From assembly GCA_964016885.1 (NCBI GenBank), contig OZ024742.1, positions 208,134,001 through 208,198,000 on the forward strand: 64,000 nt of DNA, in the 5' to 3' direction. The notes beneath the pieces were generated by a model. That model ran no database searches, was not told where the DNA came from, and worked only from the letters and a program-made list of their open reading frames with translations. Positions 56,621-64,000 of this stretch are shown in pieces (positions within the stretch are counted from its first letter, which is position 1; each line of letters opens with the position of its first letter). A program made the position numbers and the translations under genes. This stretch comes from Eledone cirrhosa. Lineage: Eukaryota.

Positions 56621-59600
56621 AACGGAAAAAATGAAACGATATTTCATTTCCCACTCTTAGTACGGCTGTTACTTAAATATAAGTATGTACACGTACATAC
56701 ATATATGTATACCGACGTACAGTAGTATGTATATATATATATACATACATGCACACATATATATATGCACGTATGGATTCACCGAACATTTATTATAATG
56801 CTCGGTGTGTTTGTAAACAAACATCCCGTATTAAGCCGTAGTGTCTAGCAACCACCGTTGCTCGTTTGTTCAACACTGACAAAGGAACGCTGTACTAGTT
56901 TCAAGCTTGTTAGCTATCGTCAGCAACGTATACCTTCCTGCCAGATTGTTGAACGTATATACTTACCTTATGCATATTGACGGCCGAGTAGCCCAATATG
57001 CATATCGAGTGGGTTAATCGGCCGGGTGCACCGAAAACGATAAACGGAAAAAATGAAACGATATTTCATTTCCCACTCTTAGTACGGCTGTTACTTAAAT
57101 ATAAGTATGTACACGTACATACATATATGTATACCGACGTACAGTAGTATGTATATATATATATACATACATGCACACATATATACATGCACGTATGGAT
57201 TCACCGAACATTTATTATAATGCTCGGTGTGTTTGTAAACAAACATCCCGTATTAAGCCGTAGTGTCTAGCAACCACCGTTGCTCGTTTGTTCAACACTG
57301 ACAAAGGAACGCTGTACTAGTTTCAAGCTTGTTAGCTATCGTCAGCAACGTATACCTTCCTGCCAGATTGTTGAACGTATATACTTACCTTATGCATATT
57401 GACGGCCGAGTAGCCCAATATGCATATCGAGTGGGTTAATCGGCCGGGTGCACCGAAAACGATAAACGGAAAAAATGAAACGATATTTCATTTCCCACTC
57501 TTAGTACGGCTGTTACTTAAATATAAGTATGTACACGTACATACATATATGTATACCGACGTACAGTAGTATGTATATATATATATACATACATGCACAC
57601 ATATATATATGCACGTATGGATTCACCGAACATTTATTATAATGCTCGGTGTGTTTGTAAACAAACATCCCGTATTAAGCCGTAGTGTCTAGCAACCACC
57701 GTTGCTCGTTTGTTCAACACTGACAAAGGAACGCTGTACTAGTTTCAAGCTTGTTAGCTATCGTCAGCAACGTATACCTTCCTGCCAGATTGTTGAACGT
57801 ATATACTTACCTTATGCATATTGACGGCCGAGTAGCCCAATATGCATATCGAGTGGGTTAATCGGCCGGGTGCACCGAAAACGATAAACGGAAAAAATGA
57901 AACGATATTTCATTTCCCACTCTTAGTACGGCTGTTACTTAAATATAAGTATGTACACGTACATACATATATGTATACCGACGTACAGTAGTATGTATAT
58001 ATATATATACATACATGCACACATATATATATGCACGTATGGATTCACCGAACATTTATTATAATGCTCGGTGTGTTTGTAAACAAACATCCCGTATTAA
58101 GCCGTAGTGTCTAGCAACCACCGTTGCTCGTTTGTTCAACACTGACAAAGGAACGCTGTACTAGTTTCAAGCTTGTTAGCTATCGTCAGCAACGTATACC
58201 TTCCTGCCAGACTGTTGAACGTATATACTTACCTTATGCATATTGACGGCCGAGTAGCCCAATATGCATATCGAGTGGGTTAATCGGCCGGGTGCACCGA
58301 AAACGATAAACGGAAAAAATGAAACGATATTTCATTTCCCACTCTTAGTACGGCTGTTACTTAAATATAAGTATGTACACGTACATACATATATGTATAC
58401 CGACGTACAGTAGTATGTATATATATATATACATACATGCACACATATATATATGCACGTATGGATTCACCGAACATTTATTATAATGCTCGGTGTGTTT
58501 GTAAACAAACATCCCGTATTAAGCCGTAGTGTCTAGCAACCACCGTTGCTCGTTTGTTCAACACTGACAAAGGAACGCTGTACTAGTTTCAAGCTTGTTA
58601 GCTATCGTCAGCAACGTATACCTTCCTGCCAGATTGTTGAACGTATATACTTACCTTATGCATATTGACGGCCGAGTAGCCCAATATGCATATCGAGTGG
58701 GTTAATCGGCCGGGTGCACCGAAAACGATAAACGGAAAAAATGAAACGATATTTCATTTCCCACTCTTAGTACGGCTGTTACTTAAATATAAGTATGTAC
58801 ACGTACATACATATATGTATACCGACGTACAGTAGTATGTATATATATATATACATACATGCACACATATATATATGCACGTATGGATTCACCGAACATT
58901 TATTATAATGCTCGGTGTGTTTGTAAACAAACATCCCGTATTAAGCCGTAGTGTCTAGCAACCACCGTTGCTCGTTTGTTCAACACTGACAAAGGAACGC
59001 TGTACTAGTTTCAAGCTTGTTAGCTATCGTCAGCAACGTATACCTTCCTGCCAGATTGTTGAACGTATATACTTACCTTATGCATATTGACGGCCGAGTA
59101 GCCCAATATGCATATCGAGTGGGTTAATCGGCCGGGTGCACCGAAAACGATAAACGGAAAAAATGAAACGATATTTCGGCCGTCAATATGCATAAGGTAA
59201 GTATATACGTTCAACAATCTGGCAGGAAGGTATACGTTGCTGACGATAGCTAACAAGCTTGAAACTAGTACAGCGTTCCTTTGTCAGTGTTGAACAAACG
59301 AGCAACGGTGGTTGCTAGACACTACGGCTTAATACGGGATGTTTGTTTACAAACACACCGAGCATTATAATAAATGTTCGGTGAATCCATACGTGCATAT
59401 ATATATGTGTGCATGTATGTATATATATACATACTACTGTACGTCGGTATACATATATGTATGTACGTGTACATACTTATATTTAAGTAACAGCCGTACT
59501 AAGAGTGGGAAATGAAATATCGTTTCATTTTTTCCGTTTATCGTTTTCGGTGCACCCGGCCGATTAACCCACTCGATATGCATATTGGGCTACTCGGCCG

Positions 59601-61170
59601 TCAATATGCATAAGGTAAGTATATACGTTCAACAATCTGGCAGGAAGGTATACGTTGCTGACGATAGCTAACAAGCTTGAAACTAGTACAGCGTTCCTTT
59701 GTCAGTGTTGAACAAACGAGCAACGGTGGTTGCTAGACACTACGGCTTAATACGGGATGTTTGTTTACAAACACACCGAGCATTATAATAAATGTTCGGT
59801 GAATCCATACGTGCATATATATATGTGTGCATGTATGTATATATATATATACATACTACTGTACGTCAGTATACATATATGTATGTACGTGTACATACTT
59901 ATATTTAAGTAACAGCCGTACTAAGAGTGGGAAATGAAATATCGTTTCATTTTTTCCGTTTATCGTTTTCGGTGCACCCGGCCGATTAACCCACTCGATA
60001 TGCATATTGGGCTACTCGGCCGTCAATATGCATAAGGTAAGTATATACGTTCAACAATCTGGCAGGAAGGTATACGTTGCTGACGATAGCTAACAAGCTT
60101 GAAACTAGTACAGCGTTCCTTTGTCAGTGTTGAACAAACGAGCAACGGTGGTTGCTAGACACTACGGCTTAATACGGGATGTTTGTTTACAAACACACCG
60201 AGCATTATAATAAATGTTCGGTGAATCCATACGTGCATATATATATGTGTGCATGTATGTATATATATATATACATACTACTGTACGTCGGTATACATAT
60301 ATGTATGTACGTGTACATACTTATATTTAAGTAACAGCCGTACTAAGAGTGGGAAATGAAATATCGTTTCATTTTTTCCGTTTATCGTTTTCGGTGCACC
60401 CGGCCGATTAACCCACTCGATATGCATATTGGGCTACTCGGCCGTCAATATGCATAAGGTAAGTATATACGTTCAACAATCTGGCAGGAAGGTATACGTT
60501 GCTGACGATAGCTAACAAGCTTGAAACTAGTACAGCGTTCCTTTGTCAGTGTTGAACAAACGAGCAACGGTGGTTGCTAGACACTACGGCTTAATACGGG
60601 ATGTTTGTTTACAAACACACCGAGCATTATAATAAATGTTCGGTGAATCCATACGTGCATATATATATGTGTGCATGTATGTATATATATATATACATAC
60701 TACTGTACGTCGGTATACATATATGTATGTACGTGTACATACTTATATTTAAGTAACAGCCGTACTAAGAGTGGGAAATGAAATATCGTTTCATTTTTTC
60801 CGTTTATCGTTTTCGGTGCACCCGGCCGATTAACCCACTCGATATGCATATTGGGCTACTCGGCCGTCAATATGCATAAGGTAAGTATATACGTTCAACA
60901 ATCTGGCAGGAAGGTATACGTTGCTGACGATAGCTAACAAGCTTGAAACTAGTACAGCGTTCCTTTGTCAGTGTTGAACAAACGAGCAACGGTGGTTGCT
61001 AGACACTACGGCTTAATACGGGATGTTTGTTTACAAACACACCGAGCATTATAATAAATGTTCGGTGAATCCATACGTGCATATATATATGTGTGCATGT
61101 ATGTATATATATATATACATACTACTGTACGTCGGTATACATATATGTATGTACGTGTACATACTTATAT
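56618..61170. mobile_element. Hammerhead-bearing tandem array 2 (422-bp monomer), two divergent arms (retrozyme-like)
   Basis: Left arm 56618-59177 has 6 units, with HHRs on - starting at 56887, 57309, 57731, 58153, 58575 and 58997. Right arm 59176-61170 has ~4.7 units, with HHRs on + at 59234, 59652, 60074, 60496 and 60918. Units are nearly identical and the flanks are (TA)n. Confidence 0.92.
59234..59276 (+). ncRNA. Minimal type I hammerhead of array 2 (representative of 11 copies)
   Basis: ACGTTG-CTGACGA-tAGCTaacaAGCTt-GAAA-CTAG-TA-CAGCGT; stem I extends via CTGGCA/TGTCAG and GTTCAACA/TGTTGAAC. Confidence 0.88.
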
Positions 61171-61194
61171 ATATATATATTTATGTATATAACA

Positions 61195-61430
61195 CTGTGG
61201 GTTCAATTCCCGGCCTGTATGTGTGTTGTGTTCTTGAGCAAAACACTTCCTTTCATGTTGCTCCATTATACTCAACTGAAAATGAGTACCAGTAATAGCT
61301 GGGATTTTAACCCTGCGATGGACTGGTGTCCTGTCCAGGCGGAGTGTTTTACTCTTAGTCTCTTAACGCGATGGAAAGCGGTATAAGCACCGCGATGATT
61401 AGCCTCCGGGCTTGAGAAAAACTTTAGACT
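61195..61430 (+). mobile_element. SINE (CORE/V-SINE-like)
   Basis: B-box ggttcaattcc, cttgagcaaaacact and aaccctgcgatggactggtgtcctgtccagg. Confidence 0.6.
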
Positions 61431-61444
61431 TTAGCTATATATAT

Positions 61445-61680
61445 ATATATTTCGTTTTTGAATTTGTTTTGCAAGAATTCCTGTATGAAAACATGAATTG
61501 AAATAGATATTGGGAGGTCATGATGCCAATAAAAATATACGCACCTGTTGCTTTTCCCTTCAATTTATTACAAATATCCGGTTGGTTTGTTCAATAACCA
61601 GATGTTTGTTTATTTACTGTCAAAGCTCTTTCGTCACAAATTATGTGACTGCCTCAGTGACTAATTTGATATTTATTTTG
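61445..61680 (-). repeat. Copy of the 30353-30899 repeat with degenerate hammerhead (61619-61661)
   Basis: gtcaaagctctttcgtcaca..tgtgactgcctcagtgac. Confidence 0.7.
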
Positions 61681-61764
61681 ATTCTCTCCTGCTAGATGTG
61701 GGCATATAAACTTTTATATATGCTTGCTTGGAAATGACCAATTGCCATTATTATAATTGCCATT

Positions 61765-61958
61765 GGGCGGTGAATCAGCAGTATCGGTAGAGGGTCGGAC
61801 GCCATGCTTTGCAGCATAGTTACGTCCCTTAACGGACTGAGTTCAAATCCCACCGAGGTTAACTTTGCCTTTTATCCTTACGGGGTCGATAAAATAAAGT
61901 ACCAGTAATACACTGGGATAATTGCTGGCCTTGTGCCAAAAAGTAGATACAATTATTA
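61765..61958 (+). mobile_element. tRNA-derived SINE
   Basis: Same family; attataattgccatt flanks both sides (TSD-like). Confidence 0.85.
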
Positions 61959-62787
61959 TAATTGCCATTATTATATGTTTTTTTTTAATTTCCTTCAGTT
62001 CTGTTTTCATTTCTGTGCAGGTGTCTTTCCGGCACCTAAGTCAGAGAAATTCATTGTATATATTGATAAGCCACAAAAATAAACACAATAGATTGTTCAC
62101 GACATGCACTTTACATAGTTATAAGTATATCATTTGCTTCATACATATGCACATTATGTTTATAATCACATTTACAACAGAATGATAATCAATCATATAA
62201 GAGTGCTGCATTATTTACAACTTACATAATTACGAATGTAATGAAATCAATTATGTAAAATAAAATTACATTGATGATTATCTTTCTCATAACGATAGTG
62301 GTCTTCTCAACACATGTGCCGTACCGCTAAAACAATTTGTCCAATTCTTGCAGTGATGGTGAGCCAGCGATCATTCTAAAGTAATTTTCTGTTACCTTTT
62401 TTTTTTATCATTTCTAGTACTCCTACAATCACGGGTATTGAGATGTCACAGATTTTTTTCAATTTCATAAAGCAAATCTACCTGTTCTGAGCCTGTCAAA
62501 TTCTTTTTGCCGATCTCAAGGGATGTTCATATCTATCTTCATCATTAAGACGAGTAATGCACTGGGGTCAATTTACTCGATTTTCCCCTCCCCTAAAATT
62601 GTTGTCCTCGTTGTTCAACGGTTGTTCAACGGATTGAAATACGTTTGTCATTAATATTTATGTTTCGAACGGGAAATAATATTTTAGTCTTTGCCCCAAA
62701 GAAAGGACTCCCCATAATATTTGGGCCTTTTGGCCCAAATATTTTAACTTCGTGTGGTTAAAAGAAATTTGTTATCGAAAAAAAAAC

Positions 62788-64000
62788 ATGGCGGAGGCAC
62801 GCCCCCCAACTTTGACTTTGCTGTCTTGCGACAGCGAGTCAAACTCTGAGTTTAATAACGCTACCCCTCCCCCAACCATTTTAAATTGTAACAACACATC
62901 AGGCAATATCGCCAACACCAGCACCAACAACAGTGAGAACAAAAATGACAACAGCAGCAACAGCGAGATTACCAAAAATACTAAAAAAAAAAAACAGTCG
63001 TGAACAAGAACGACAACAGCACCAACAACAACTAGACCAAAACGAAAAACAACTGCAATAATGACAACACCAACAACAGAAATAACGACAACAAAGACAA
63101 CAATATCAACAACAGTGACAACCACAACAACAGCAAAAACAACAATAACAATAGCAGTAGCAACAATATCAACGAAAACAACAAGGAAATTAACACCACT
63201 AACGAGAACATAAACAGCGACTGCACTAACAGCAACAATACCAACTGCATCGAAAACAACAAGAACGGCGGCACGAAAGACAACAATTATAACAGCAACA
63301 GTGATAACAGCAACGACACCAACAAGAACAACGACAACAACAACAACGCAACCAATGATAAGGAGAACACTTTCGCTGCGGCAGCAGCCAAAAAGAGACC
63401 ATGCTTCAGCATGGACCTCTCGAGCAAAGATGAAAAGTTGACCCAGGCCTGGAAGCTCATCAAACAAGAGCAAACCTCGGCCAACTTAACTGTCCCGGTA
63501 GAAGCTATTGATATAGTGGAGCGCAGAACGGTACATTACAGATGTATGTCAGCAGAAACCAAGAGGGCAGCTTTAATTCCACAAGCAGATGTCGAAGTCG
63601 CGCTGTGGTGCATCAGGGATGACACCGAATATATAGCGAGGGGCAGACAATACGGCACCATTTCGGAGCTGTTTAAGTCAGAAGCCCTCGCTATGAAACA
63701 TGCTATGACCCCTTACAATACCAGCGAGGTCATAATGTCCCTCCCACATGGGAAAACGAACTTCGCATTCCCAGAATCCCACCAGGACTTGACATATGGT
63801 GGCATCTGGGATGTGTGATTGTGGAGGGGACGGATATCGTCCCGATAGAAGTGACAAGAACTGCCAGAGAGGATTGGTCCGAGGTTGACCTGGAGATACT
63901 TCTCCAAATCAGGTCGGAGAATGTCAAAAAGTCCCGGACCACATCCGTCTTCAGAATGGGACGGTCATTCACATTATGAACAAATACACACACAAACATC
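62788..64000 (+). pseudogene. Probable ORF1 (gag-like) of an L1/Tx1-type LINE, frameshifted, cut by the window end
   Basis: ATG at 62788, Asn/Thr-rich AAC-repeat N-terminus, TFAAAAAK motif, then complex coding-like sequence with frameshifts. No decisive domain is visible. Confidence 0.4.

Noticed and set aside
56618-61170. CRISPR array or ordinary satellite
   Set aside because: There are no unique spacers and the context is eukaryotic. The per-unit hammerhead, fixed termini and central inversion argue against a plain satellite.
62772-63473. 233-aa hydrophobic minus-strand ORF resembling a membrane protein
   Set aside because: It is the antisense reading of AAC/ACA low-complexity repeats.

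Overview
AT-rich eukaryotic DNA, almost entirely repeats, with no host gene identified confidently. The SINE family and repeat style resemble octopod cephalopods; this is my recognition only and was not verified. The window holds two R4/Dong-type RLE LINEs (one with an intact 1130-aa ORF) associated with (TAA)n. It also holds at least five Penelope-like elements (PLEs) mostly next to (TA)n, one of which is young, near-intact and carries hammerhead ribozymes (HHRs) in its pseudo-LTRs. Other elements are three Helitrons, a non-coding LTR element nested in a PLE, RTE, CRE and L1/Tx1-like fragments, and tRNA-type SINEs. The most striking system is two homologous non-coding tandem arrays: 468-bp units at 26859-29170 and 422-bp units at 56618-61170. 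Each monomer carries a minimal type I HHR with a palindromic CTAG stem III. Each array is folded into two divergent arms, and the outer ends fall at the same two positions of the monomer in both arrays. This looks like retrozyme-like (circular/multimeric RNA-derived) elements inserted by the PLE machinery. Several further HHR-bearing mini-repeat families occur. All RNA folds were read by eye.
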